Below the pieces are notes generated by a model. That model did no database searches. It was given only the letters and a program-made list of their open reading frames with translations, and had not been told where the DNA came from. This document shows positions 50,226 through 64,000 of a stretch of 64,000 nt of DNA, piece by piece (position 1 is the first letter of the stretch; the number at the start of each line of letters is the position of its first letter). This DNA is from Azolla caroliniana (lineage: Eukaryota; Plantae; Polypodiophyta), in NCBI GenBank assembly GCA_043228905.1, contig JBHGNT010000022.1, positions 12,152,001 through 12,216,000 of the forward strand, in the 5' to 3' direction. Both the position numbers and the translations under genes were made by a program.

Positions 50226-52367
50226 GGTTAATGGTAGAGAATTGTAGCTAACAAAGACTACCCCAATATGTATGTACATGGAATGAATCCCTGCTTTTTG
50301 TTTTTGTTGTTAGTTACTTAGTTTAGATTTGATGGTATTGGATGGAAATTGACCTTGGTTTTCTTTGTGCTGATCTAAACTCTTTTCAAAGTATTTTAGT
50401 CCTTTTCTTACAAAATGTGACGGACGACAACTACTCTACTCGCTTGCGAACAAATGCAGAGAAAAACGCAGTGGTTTCTCAACCACTATCTTTATCATAG
50501 AGGAGGTGCTGTTAGTACCTTCAAGTTTAGATCTTTGCTGATGTTTTTGAATCGGATTAGGGTTTTCTATGGATGTATATGATTCGCAAGAAAACATGCT
50601 AATATATTTATACATGTTGGAATAGATGAAGTGTTGCCAGTATCTTTAAAAAAATGGCAGTGTAAGTTTGGTTTCCATGAGCTGAGGCATGGTAGTTGTG
50701 CTGATATGTAAGTTCAATGACATTGATTTAATTCTAAGGTCAAGAATGGGATTTGATTTCAGTTGACAACTATTCGATTTTGATGCATCACTTTCGTTAG
50801 AGAGCCAAAAAACATTAATTGTGCTCCTTAATCCTCACTTGTGCTCAATTCACACTAGGCATGTTGCTTAATCACTTTCTCTTTACCAATGGCCATTTGT
50901 CATCTTTCTAAATCAATAGTGACGGCTTGAATAGTGCGGTGGGATAAGATGTGACATTGTGTAACAGTCATTTATCTAATATTCTATCATTGCGCGATCA
51001 TTTTGCTTTTTGATAAAGACATTTGTCACACTCAATTGCTCACAAAAAGTTTGATTGATCATAACAATGTGGATATTCTATAGCTCACAAAAAGTTTGAT
51101 TGCTTAAAGACAAGAGAAGATGGTTCGCATTAGAAAGAAAACATTCTCTAGTACATGCCCTATTATGGATTACCCTCTCCCCTAGATACATGTTTTGATT
51201 CCTTCATGAATAAAAAAAGTCAGAGCTCATGTTCATAATTAAGTTGAAGCAAAGATACACCAGTGATTAATTAGAAACATTGTAACTTCACAAAGACCGT
51301 GAATATGCATAATGAGGATGAGTTGCGAGAGCTCGATTACAATGTTTGATAAGCGGACCATCCATAGATAGTCCAAAATACCCAAAATCTTGTCCATTGG
51401 AAGAAATAAGCATTGCTTGTCCCAAACATTTGTCTAGGAGATATTGCATGTATTCTTTGTATACATGGGTTGTTGAATGAGCAAGTCCATAAAAAGTCTT
51501 GAGGTCATTTTGAATTGTTGACCACATCACACATGATGAGACAACACCATTTCTCTTCCAAAGATTCCGCCCAATGGGGAACACAAGCCAATGAGCATCT
51601 CCATAGGAATACACTTTGCTTAAGAGAAAGACTAGACCTCCATTTACCCATTAACTTTGTTTTCTCACCAAGATATTCCCTTGTATAAGTGCCACAAAGC
51701 ATTTGCATGTTTTTGAAACCGCGAGGAGGGTTATAACAACATATACACATAATGCATATCAAATTTATCCATTGGATTCATGTTGAAGAAAGCAATCACA
51801 GTGTCTGCATTCGCAATGGCCTTCTTCTTGTTGTACAAACTCATCGACCATTCCCTCTAATTCATCGACAACCGAACTAATGAGAAAGGAAAGAGTGCAT
51901 ATACATCCATTAGCTTCCTGTTTTGTATGAGCTCTTCCTCATTTCTCAACTCTATACATTGGGTGTGCGATGCCATTTCCATTGTTTCTTAGCTCCAAAA
52001 CACCCTGGTGCTCAATGCCATTGAAAACCCACTCTACCTTATTGGTGTGTGCTCGACAAACATCCCCTCTTGCCAAAGCCCAATGTGGGGCAAAGACATG
52101 GTGTTAATCCGATTTGGACTCTCTCAATCATAACTGTGAGTCGAGAGGAGGGCAGAGACACAATTGGCTCAGAGTGAGTTACTGATTGCCTTTGATCCAA
52201 TCACATGATTGGGATGGAGTTAATTAAGACCTTCCATATGATCGCTTGTCCGACATGGAGTTAATAATCAATACCTTTGATCCAATCGATTTTAGGTTTT
52301 CCAATCACATGGTGACTTGAGACCTGAGTGACCCATAAGACACCGTCATAGGCAAAAGGTAGAGAGA

Positions 52368-52422
<55 letters not shown>

Positions 52423-53669
52423 TATATTCTATTATCATCTTCAAAGGTCAAATATGACCCGTGCAACAAAAAATATTACATTTCATGTGAACATGTGAGA
52501 GTGAGTAGCAACTCTCAACGTTCAAGAACTTTACCAATGAATGTTGCAATCGAGAGTGCATATTGTGGTTTTGAGAGAAATTTGTGCAAGGATTGGGGTT
52601 GGTCAAATATGTGTGGAAAGCATGGTCAATATATGATCAATATCAAAGTGTGATATTCCGACTCTCGAACTTGTTTAAGGCAAAGTGTGTATAGTCTACC
52701 ACTCTCATCACTTGTGCCCTAATGCCTTGTCTCACTTCGCAATGCATGTGAGCTAAGTTGCATGGAAACAATGGTTCAAATGGTAGGCAAAGGGATGAAC
52801 TCTAACATGTATCGATATGTACGGTTTCCCCATTCCATGAAGAATATGGTTTTGTAGTTAGGTGCAATGTGTGTAGTATAACGTGTGAAGCATGAGTCTC
52901 CACAATTTTCCCATGTCATGATACATTGGCATTGCAAAAAGGCTTCATTTATAGAGGAAGCTAGTGATGCACGATGAACCAAGTGTGTTCATGAAAGATG
53001 AGAGAGAGAGTATGAAAGATAAGAAAGTGGGGAAAGATTACAATGATAAGTGTATTCTTAAGCAAAGTTTAATGATCTATGTACTCAACTATGTTATGAA
53101 CTCTTTGTATAAGAGATTGTCTTGGTTTATATAGTACTACACTCTCATTCCTCATCATGAAGAGAATGGATGGGATATGAGATGTCCTTTACAATGAATA
53201 TAATGATTAACGTTCTACATATGACAAACTTCAAAGGTGGTTACATTCTTAAGATAAAGGTATGACAAGTGAGAGATTCTTTGGTTGCCGAACCACACAC
53301 GTGGTCAAGGGTGAAAACATGGGAATGAGAATAATTAGACGTGTCCTTGACATAACTAATTAGTTATGCAGAAAACAAAATGTGATTTTACTACTTGTTT
53401 GGTAGTTTTTGGGATTATCAAAATGTGATCTCAAATAAAGTTAGAATTAAATGTGTACCATAAACAGGAATATTAGAAGGGTTTAATCATATGCCAATCC
53501 ACCTAGGATTCAATGCCCCATTATGCATGATCAATCACATTGGCAAAGTGTTTGGCATTGTTCCTCGCTCATCATTCCCCTGCAACCTTCCTTCCCTCGT
53601 ACATGTTTCTATCCGCCTCTGTAAGTACATATTGTTGTTGCAATCCCTCCTTACCACCACTGCATGTAT

Positions 53670-53935
53670 GTATTTCTGCTACAATCGTTCTTGACCACCT
53701 CAGTTTGTACCGCCATTACAATCGCTCATTATAATGCCTATGTCGGGTCTGTATCATCGATGCAATCGCTCATTCTCGGCTCTACAAGTATTGTGCTTGC
53801 CTCCTATAGTCATCACCGCCTCAGTTTGTACTGCCATTACAATCGCTCATTATAAGGCCTATGTCAGTATCATCGCTGCAAGCGCTCATTCTTGGGTCTA
53901 CAAGTATTATTGTTGCGTATAGTCATCGCCGCCTT
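53670..53935. repeat. ~122-bp tandem duplication
   Basis: cctcagtttgtac.gccattacaatcgctcattataa.gcctatgtc at ~53698 and ~53819. Confidence 0.85.
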
Positions 53936-54086
53936 TGTGAGTATCGTGTCTCTCTGGCCGCCTGGAGTTAATAATGAATACCTTTTGATCCGATGGGTCT
54001 TCGGTTGTCCGATTGCCTGGCGACCCGAGACCCCGAGTGAGTGATCTTGAAGACATGAAGACAGAGTCAGAGGCACAGGGAGAGAC

Positions 54087-54089
<3 letters not shown>

Positions 54090-54145
<56 letters not shown>

Positions 54146-54570
54146 AAGAGAGAGAGAGAGAAGAGAGAGAGAGAAGAGAAGAGAAGAGAAGAGAAGAGAG
54201 AGAGACTTGATATGAAGAAGAAGGAAGAAGAAGAAGAAGAAGAATTAGAAGAAGAAAGAAAGAAGAAGAAGAAGGAGAAGGAGAAGGAGAAGAAAGACAG
54301 TGTTGATTGAGTAAGGTTCGAATTTCCCGCTACCCGCGAAACCCTATCTCTCTCTCTCTCTCTCTGTTTTAGGTTTCCTGCAAAAACCCTAATCACAGTA
54401 TCCTGCTACAGTGGCAAGCGCTCTGTTTCTCTGTTTTTTCTATATTTTTTTCCTTTTGTTTCCTCCCATTTTGTTTCTCTCATTCTCTCTCTCTCTCTCT
54501 GTTTTGGGTTTCCTGCAAAACCCCTAATCTCAGTATCCTGCTAGAGTGGGAAATTCTCTGTTTTTCCTTT
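54090..54570 (+). promoter_or_regulatory. TOP1 promoter/5' UTR: (GA)n tract, telo-boxes and a duplicated ~90-bp block
   Basis: (AG)n 54090-54205; AAACCCTA at ~54339 and ~54385; ctctgtttt.ggtttcctgcaaaa.ccctaatc.cagtatcctgcta.agtgg occurs twice. Confidence 0.55.
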
Positions 54571-54588
54571 TTGTTGCTGCCTTTGGCT

Positions 54589-57500
54589 ATGCCTGACGAC
54601 TCAGACGATGACTTGCTGCTGGATTTCCACCTCAAGCGAAGCAGGGCCGCAATGGCATCCTCTGGGAGAAGAGGGAAGGAAGGTTTGCTGAAGAAGGATT
54701 CATCACACCGAGCTTCTTCTCGGGTAATGCCGAAGAATCGCAAAGGAAATGAAGATGGAGCTGAAGATAATGATGATGACGAAGAAGAAGTAGATGATGA
54801 TGATGCTGATGATAAGCCTCTGTCAGTTTCTTTTCTATCAAAGAGATCCAGTAAAAAAGCAGCAGAGAGATTATCAGGTAAGTGCCTTGTTAAGTCCAAC
54901 AATCAAGACTCTACTACTACTGTAACAACAGTTGAGCAAAGGAGAGTCACATTGAAAGTATACAATAAAGAGGTAAATTCAGGTAATTGTCAAAAAAATG
55001 GCTCAACAAATAGTGCAAGATATGGTGTTGTTGATGATGATATGCCTCTGATACACATGCCAAAAAATACCAAAAAGAAAAACCAATCTTGTCACGTATC
55101 AGGTGGCTCCAGAAGTGGTATAGTTGTTGTTGATGATGATGATGATATGCCTCTCATGCATATGTCAAATAATATAAAAAAGAGGAAACAATCTTCTGAG
55201 GTTTCTTCTACGAAACACATCAAAGTGCATGTCAATTCGCTGAATATGAGCACAGAGGAGAAGAGACAAGCAAGAATAGCTGTGTTCTCAAAAGAAGAAC
55301 ATGAGGAAGAAGAGGAACCCAAAATACATGTAGAACCATCAAGGTCCTCTATAGAGAGGAATGCAGTGCCAATAAGAGAAGCCAATTCAGAAGATGAGCA
55401 GCACGAAGAGGAAGAGAAAGAGTCTAAAGTTCATGCCAACTCATCAAATGCGGATATAGAGTCTAATGGAGTATCATTAGTTGCAGCTGATTCAGAAGTT
55501 GATGAAGAGGAAGAAACTGAAAAGAAAGACTCTAAAATGTGTGTTAACTCATCAAATGAAGCTATAGAGAGACAGAGAGTAGCAATAGTAGTTGCTGACT
55601 CAGAGAACAAACAAGAAGAGAACGAAGTGAAAGAGAAGGAGGACAAGGATGCAATGGCTGATTTGCAAGAAATTGAGAAAGGAAAAATTGAGGTTGCAAC
55701 ATCAGAGGAGGAGGAAGAGGATGGGGAGGAGGAATCACACGAGGAGGAAGAGATAGAGTTAGGGAAGGAGCAGGAAGAGGTAGAGTTAGGGAAGGAGCAG
55801 GAAGAAGAAGACATCGACAAAAAACTCGGAGGAAAGTTAAAAAGAGAGCTTGCTGCAATCAGCAATGCTAACAACAATGAATCGGATGAGGATGAATATA
55901 ACATACCACTCAGACAAGGGCATGTCAATGGTAAGAAGAAGAATCGTGGAAACATTTTAATTGTCGATGATCACAGATCCATGGAGACCGCTAGTTTACA
56001 GAACCTTAAGGTTTCCTTTGCACAATCAATCAAATTGGTTGACGAGGAAGAAGAAGATGACAACGATGATATTCCTTTGGCAAAGATGTTATGCATTAAG
56101 TCCAAAAAGAGTGTTTCTACCAAACAGAAGGTATCAGTGGCTGTGAATGTTGTCAAGGAAGAGAATGTTGTAGATGATAATGACGATTATGACATTCCTT
56201 TGAGCCGACAGTTTGCCTTTAAGAGGAAGAAACATACCGGTGATGGTGCTATTCAAAAGCTCAAACAAGCAGGCATAAAGAAGGAGAAGCATGATGATGA
56301 TGATGATGATGATGATATTCCTTTGGGTAAAATGCTATGCTTAAACAAAGGTAAGGCTGCAGTTTCAAAAGCTAGTGCGACTTTTTTTGTTCCTCCAAAG
56401 TCAGAGACAAAAACAGTTACAGATAATATCGATGAGGATGACAGTGAGGATTATAATCAGCCCATAGTCAAGAAGACCTTTTTGAAGAAGAAAACATCTA
56501 CTACAAAAAGGCTTGTTTCTGAGAGAATGGTGCCTGATTCTAAGAAAAAGAAGCTAAAAACTCCATCAAAAAGGAGAGATTCAGATTCAGATGAAGAAGA
56601 TTCTGGCAATGATAACGATTTACTTCTGGTACAAACAATTTCTTCAGAGAAGAAAAATTATGTGGACAGGAAAGCAAAGTTTAATGCTGAAAAAAGGAAA
56701 CCAAAGACTCCATTGAAGGATGAGGATTCCGATGATGAGGATGATGAATGGGAGGAAGATGAAGGAGACGATGATGAAGATGAGGATTATGATGCATCAG
56801 TTGTAAAGAAGAGTCACATAGTGTCCAAGTCCAAGACCAATACTAAGAAAGATGCTAAATTGCGCTTGAAGAAAAAGGCAAAGAAGATGAAAGATATTAT
56901 GGAATCAGGTGGAGGACAGAAGTGGACTACTCTTGAGCATAATGGTGTCATATTCCCTCCTCCTTATCAACCACATGGTGTCAAGATGCTATACAATGGG
57001 AAACCTGTGGATCTTACTTCAGAACAAGAGGAGGTGGTAGTTAAATTGTGTTATAGGATTTAATTTTTGTTTGTTTTGGTGTTTCTTTAATGTTCCTCTC
57101 TTGTTTACATGCTTAACTTTGTAAGTATCTTCTGTTGATTTAATGTTTTAGTGTTTTGGATGTAGGTTGCAACAATGTTTGCAGTAATGCACGATACTGA
57201 TTATGCAGCAAAGGCTAAATTTGTGGAGAACTTTTGGAACGATTGGAAAAACATATTGGGTGAGGATCATGTGATTCAAGGGTTGGAAGGCTGTGATTTC
57301 ACTCCCATATATAATTGGCATATTGGTGAAAAAGAAAAAAAGAAACAAATGACTACTGAGGTATACTCACTTTTACTCATTAATGTTGGTTGATGCCTAA
57401 AAATATATTTATACAGAACCTTTCACGCTCTGTTGGGAATATAATAGGAGAAGAAAGCAGCCAAAGAAGAGAAGATGAAACAGGAAGAAAACTATATGTG

Positions 57501-60500
57501 GGCTCTTGTGGATGGTGTGAAGGAAAAGGTTTAATATTTTACTCATGCTATGGCAAAAAAGGATACTGTTATATTGTTTTAAAATTTAGGGAATTCTGAA
57601 ATACCCTTGCAGTTCTCATTATTTCTGCAACGCTCATAGTCAACCCCTCTGTTTCTGAGTTATGTGCTATTATAGTCAATTCATCCCCGTTTTCTCTCTT
57701 TTGAGGGTTGAACTAGGGCATTTGCAAAAATAATAGAAACTCAGGGCCATAGGAAAAAATAAATAAATAAAGGGCATTTTTGGTGTTTCTCCAAAATTGT
57801 ATTTTGTGGAATATGAGCTTGTTGTGTCTTCTGTTGCGTACTTAAGGTTGGAAACTTCCGAGTGGAGCCACCTGGCTTGTTCCGGGGTCGTGGGGAGCAT
57901 CCAAAGGTTTGGTTCATGCCATAAATGTTTTACTATTATTATTAATCATCAATCTTTGTATATTATTCAGCTGATTTTCACTTTTGTTAGATGTCATCTA
58001 GTATCATAGTGTATGCAGTTTTGTTCTGGATCATATTTTTTTAGCATTCAGTTGGTTTGTTTGCTTGCTGGATTGTTTTCTTCATTTTATATATCCATAT
58101 TTTCTCATGCATGGCTCTATTTTAGTGATTCTTTGATTGTTTTGTTGATTTTAGATGGGAAAAGTGAAGAGACGCATATGTCCTGAAGAGATTGTGATTA
58201 ATATTGGAGCAGAAGCACCTATACCTGAGTGTCCAATTCCTGGTCGACGGTATGAGTGACAAAATGCTTGCTTTTTATGCATTTAAAATCTAATGAAAAT
58301 TTGTGTTGCCAGCATCATTGTTATAGCCAGGTGTATACAAGAAGAAATTCTTCTCAATTTGTATTTTCTTTCCCTCTATGGGATATACAGGATTTTCCAA
58401 GATTAGTTTGCCTTGTAGATGTCCATGTGCTGATTTTGGACTTTTATTGTGATAAATTATATCTTTCTTTCTTTTTCTCTCTCCCACACACATACTCATG
58501 GAGTCTTTCTTATCCTCCCGAAAACGTTTTTTAATCAAGTCCCTTTATCTGAAGGTGGAAGGAGATAAGGCATGATAACACTGTCACTTGGCTTGCATAT
58601 TGGAATGACCCAATTAACTCAAAGGAGCAGAAGTATGTCTTTTTGGCTGCAAGCAGTAACTTGAAAGGCCAGAGTGACAAGGAAAAGTATGAGAAGGCTC
58701 GACTCTTGAAGGTATAGTTATATATATATTTTTTGTTGTTGTTTCTGTTGCAAGTTCAATCTGACCAAGGATTAAAGCGAATTATTATCTGTCAGGATTA
58801 TATTGATGACATTCGCAGAACTTACACTGCAAATTTGACCTCATCTAATCCAACAACAAGACAAATAGCTGTGGCAACCTACCTCATTGATCGACTTGCT
58901 CTTAGAGCAGGAAATGAGAAGGTATGTATTTTATGCTCTTGCATGTGTATAATGATGAATATCCATTGAAGTTGGGACCATGCTATGTTAGTATAGAGAT
59001 GCAACAAGTCTTGAATTATGCTCGTGTGTAAGATGAGAAACTGGTTTTTCTCTCTCTTGCATGCATATACTGGTGAATATCCAGTGAATTTCTAAAGATC
59101 AATAACTGTATGATGAGAAGTGCTTAGCTGTACTGGTTAATCAAGTTGTTTACAATGCAGGATGACGATGAAGCAGACACAGTTGGTTGCTGTTCCCTGA
59201 AGGTAGACCACGTAGCACTATTTCCTCCAACGTCACTCGAGGTAATAGCAGAAGTCTGCAAGATATTCTGTATATAAGAATTGCATCTTCGAGGTCAAAA
59301 ATTGGAATCAATGAAATACCAATCTATTAGATATTGTTGATTCACTACATAATCCTTGAAATTGGTGGGATTTGAAGCCAATCCCACTCTTTAATAAAAA
59401 TACGGCTTACCACTAGGGTATAAGCCCCAATATGAGAGACTGACTTTTATTATATACAGTTTGATTTTCTTGGGAAAGATTCCATTAGGTATTATAACAA
59501 GGTGGAAGTAATTGAACCTGTTTATAACGCCATTGGAGACTTCAAAAAAGGTGGGTAAAATTTGTGCATATTTGTCTTATAGTTTATTTTTCGTTTCATC
59601 TGAACCTTATGAAGCATGTGCAGACAAAGTCAATGGAGAGGATCTCTTTGATAAATTAGACACAAACAAGCTGAACACACATCTCAAGAACATAATGCCA
59701 CAACTAACTGCTAAAGTCTTCCGTACATATAATGCGTCCATCACATTGGACACTCTGGTGTGTATCTTTTCAACACTGTCGTTAATATCTAAGAATATAA
59801 ATTTTGATAAACACAAGTTTTCTTTAACCATACTGTGATATTTTTCTAGTAGCTTATGGACACTGATGGACAATTGATTCCAGAAAAAATTGCAGCTTAT
59901 CAAAAGGCCAATAAAGAGGTATCTAATTCCCAAGACTTAATATTATACTTTGCCATTTAAACGAAAAACAGTGACATTTTGCCAACGGATGCACTTTTGC
60001 AGGTTGCTATTTTGTGTAACCATCAAAGGTCTGTCTCAAAGACCCATGGAGCTCAAATGGAGAAGCTAGAAGGAAAATTAGCAGAGCTTACTGTATGTTC
60101 TTTTTAGGTTTTGTAATTGTTTAATCTATGTTATCTATTTTCTCGTTCTCATGGAAACCATTCTTTTGTTTACATTCTGTGAACAATTTGAACGAGATCA
60201 TTATGAGGTTAAGGATGAAGTATCTTAATGTGCTTGTAGATCTTCCCACAGCAAATCGAGGATAGTAGGTCTCCAATGCTAGATTATTGGAATTGCTGCA
60301 AAGTTGTTACTGTCAAGAGCTATAATTCAACTTGGGTTTTATCCAGCTGGGTTCATCCAGAAATAGAGTGCTAGGTGCTTTAGTGTAATTGGATTGTTAG
60401 GACTTGCCTACAAACATGTGAGGGATATTATTTGCTAACCTAAATTTACAGACACAAGACCATCTGCAATTTCTAACAGTCGCATAAGATTATGCTTCAT

Positions 60501-61581
60501 CATATAGCATTGGGTACTATACTGCCATTAGATAGCAGAGAATATCTTGCAACTTTATTAAGAAGTCAGCATTATATACAGATTTGCAATCCACCTTAAT
60601 AGCCTAATCTATTTCTCATTTTCATTGCATGTTGTTTCTCTTAATTGCATTTTTAGCTTTAATGCATTGATATTATTCATGGCTGTAATGCAGTATTGGC
60701 ATGTTTTTTGTCATTTGAGACCATATACACTTATAAACTTGATATCACCATATAGTTTCTTCTCTTTTACTGTCTGCATCATCTGATGACATGCAAAAGT
60801 CAATTCATAATCATATCTTTTTTGCATCAGGAACTGCTTGATGAACTGGAGAAAGAATTGAAAATGGCCCAGAAAGGGAAATCTGTCAAAAAAGATGCAG
60901 ATGGGAATTCTAAAAGGAACCCAAATCCTGAAATGTATAGAAGATTATGTTTTTACCATTAGCCTATAATTCAAACCATTTTAGGATATACTAAACTAGT
61001 CTATGTAACAATGCCAGGTTGGAGAGAAAGATTCTACAAACGAGGCACAAGATAGAGAGGATGAAGTTGGACATGATGATTAAAGAAGACCTTAAAACAG
61101 TTGCATTGGGCACATCCAAAATCAATTATATGGACCCTCGCATTACTGTGGCATGGTGCAAACAGCATGAAGTCCCAATTGAGAAGGTCACATCTTCTCT
61201 CTTCATCGTCTAGCATTAAATGCATGCTCTTTTTTCTGCTTTTTTTTGTCTGAGGGTTTGTCCAAGTGCATTTGGGGAATTAACAAAAACTTAGGGTCGT
61301 ATGGGAGACAGAACTAATATGGAATTGAAATTTTGTGCTCAACTTCAACATTAATTTTATATAAATGGCAGATGGGTGCTAGTTGTCATTGTAGTAGAGC
61401 CCTGACTAACATCTTTTTAGCATATAATTTTCCTTAATTCTAGTGGCACTTTGAATCTGATACGCAAAAAAAATAAAAAATAAAAGAAATAAACAATTCG
61501 ACTCATCAACAGGTATTTAACAAATCTCTTTTGGCGAAGTTTGCGTGGGCAATGGAGGTGGACATGAGCTTCCGTTTCTGA
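54589..61581 (+). CDS. TOP1: DNA topoisomerase I (type IB), multi-exon
   Basis: Exon 1 ends [16 protein letters not shown]...EQEE; later exons carry [72 protein letters not shown] and catalytic SKINYMDPR; last exon 61513-61581 ends [12 protein letters not shown]. Confidence 0.97.
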
Positions 61582-64000
61582 AGCATCGAGAATGACTTGA
61601 CATGTGTACTGATATTGTAGAGAGCTAGTTAACAAAAGCTGGTGTTTTCAAAGTAATGCCCCTGTCCTATACAGGTGTTAGGAGCCATTATATATATATA
61701 TATGTAAATGTATGGGCGCGTGTTTTGGCACATTGATTGAAACAGAGTAAGCTAACATACAAGGCAAAAAGCACTCTTCCAACACCAATACACGCAAATA
61801 TTGTTACAGCTGTGATCTGATAGCCAAAGCTAACTAACTACAACCATCTCATTGGGAAGAGGGTGCATTTTCCTACTCCCTCAGTTTATTATGTCCATAT
61901 GGACAATTGATTTATCGGAGTTGTCTACAATACAAGGTGGAGATCTTAGAAGATTTTGAGAGGGAATCTATTGTACATAATTTTTTCAAAATTTTGGTGA
62001 AATGGAGCTTGTTGTATAACATAACATCGTTTTGAATTGAAGGTTCTTTATATTCTGTGGAAGCCTCAATAAGCTTGCCTGAAGCAGTCATAAACCAATA
62101 ATTTGTGGGTTCAACAATGGTGACTGAATTGTGGGCAGCGAGGTGGAAAACACGGTGTATTTGTGCAGATTTGATTGAACTAAGTAAAGAGTATTAGTAA
62201 AAGTAGTCACACTTTTCTTGGGACTTACTATTAATATTGTCTTTACCTTGCACTTAATAAGGCCAATGTGCATAATTTGTGGTATGCACACAATATGCTT
62301 GTTCATTTTGGCTTGCAAGGTTTATTTGTTCTTTGAAAAATGAGGTGGAAAAGTCAGATCAAATCATCAATAGGGTTACCATTGGTGAGAACATTCTTGT
62401 CATGATTTGTGTACATAAGAGAGCAGTAGTTCACCAAGTTAACAGAAGATGAAGATGAAAAGTGAGTGTAGGGTGAGAGATGGATGTTGTTAGTTATCAG
62501 ACCCACCCAAGTGTACCAGCAAAAACAGAGACTTCAGTGGCAAGAACAAATGATTATTCAGTGGAGTGATATAAAAGCCTTCTTTAGTGTAACTGGATGT
62601 AAACATAATTGTTGACTAGCCCCTACGAGTTAGTCTCCATTCCTGTGAAAAAAATCCATTTCTGGTAATGGTTCATAACCAACTTGGAAGAAACATAGTA
62701 GTATTTTGGGTAGGACCACTTATCACAAGCAACAACACTGAAATCATTATATTGGAATAAGGAGTTCCATGTCTTTGTACATGCATCTGATGCACCAATA
62801 AGAAGTGTGATGATGTAACATTGGTCCAAAGTGTCGAAGTAAAGAGAAATATAGTGCAAGTTTTCTACTCACACAATATATTTCTCTTCACGAGGATTGA
62901 TCGAGCAACACTCAACATGATATATAATGCAAACAAATTCTGACATTGTCTATTATGAAAGAAGTTTTTTTTCGATGAGCACATCACATTATTTTACTTG
63001 GTTACGAATGTGCAAAAACATGGAAATTTACACAATAGATGTTTCATCATATTGGAATCAAATTATCATGAGCCTATGACATTTTGCATATAACATTGTA
63101 CATGTTCACATTATTGTGACCCTCTATGCTTTAGTTATCATAGCACCTTATTGTCACCAAGTGAGAAGCATGCATCATACCTAGGTCACAAGCATGCATA
63201 AGATTAAGTGTACTAAGTAGGGCAGCTCTCAATGTTGTCAAACCATCCATTTGAACGTTAGTCTTCGACATAATCTTGGAACTCTTGTTCATCTTGTCTA
63301 TAATAAACTCCCTTTTCCTTATTTTCCTTTCTTGATCCAATATTGTTTTTGGCTTTGGCCCTTAACATGGCCCTTAACATAAAATTAGTCCATACACATG
63401 GAGGTACACTACTTGTCTAGATTGAAAAATGGTGAAGTTATATTTAAGGTAGCCAATGATTTCCTATTTGAAGAAATCCTCCACCTCAAATTGGTGGTGC
63501 AGATTATCAATGTGAATACACATTTTAGTTTATGGCTCCTAAATATGATGTTCTTCCTACATTTAAGTTTATGGTAGGACTTTCCTTAACTCTTGAGAAA
63601 GTTGCTTAAGTTCTACAACTACAACGTATAATGATGGTCATGGCCTAGTGGTTCCAGAATAAGAGTTTTTCAACCAGATTCCTTCAAATATCACAATGCT
63701 CATAACATCACATGTTGAACTTTGATATTAGCAATATGGCAATATGCTAGTAATTACAAATGGGCATCAAGCTCAGGTTGTATTTATTGCCATTTTGTTT
63801 TTACATGCATACACAATGTTTCTTCATTATAATTACCTGAAATAGTTTGTGATACATAATGTGATAGGGGAGAATGACCTCTTTGGACCAAAATTTGACA
63901 AATGTTATGTAGATTTGTAGACTTATTTACTTTTGTCTATGAGTCTAACACTTAATGGCTTCTAGTTTCCCTTTTTAATTCTTGAAGGTTTGGTTTTGTT

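Noticed and set aside
51288-52100. Decayed coding-like sequence, possibly a transposase
   Set aside because: No motif I can assign confidently; would need a TBLASTX/HMM search
55092-56156. Ser-rich minus-strand ORFs
   Set aside because: Antisense shadows of the acidic TOP1 exon 1
62600-63700. Possible TE coding remnant on the - strand
   Set aside because: No diagnostic motifs recognised

Overview
Eukaryotic land-plant nuclear DNA (spliceosomal introns, Ty1/Ty3 retroelements, TATG microsatellites). A fern or other non-seed plant is my guess; the sequence does not prove it. Four spliced host genes are present: coilin (- strand, runs off the left edge), a membrane-anchored PhyH-like dioxygenase/cupin fusion of unknown function, a WRN/WEX-type DEDDy 3'-5' exonuclease with a His/Tyr/Gly-rich N-terminus, and DNA topoisomerase I. 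The centre (~23.6-45.0 kb) is a head-to-tail array of about 50 tRNA-Leu(AAG) units, counted by eye. It has a homogenised core organised as a 417-bp three-unit higher-order repeat, degenerate edges, and Pol III terminators in only some spacers. Nested, truncated LINE, Copia and Gypsy fragments, a solo LTR and a hAT-type MITE interrupt it. All calls are by inspection; no database searches were run.
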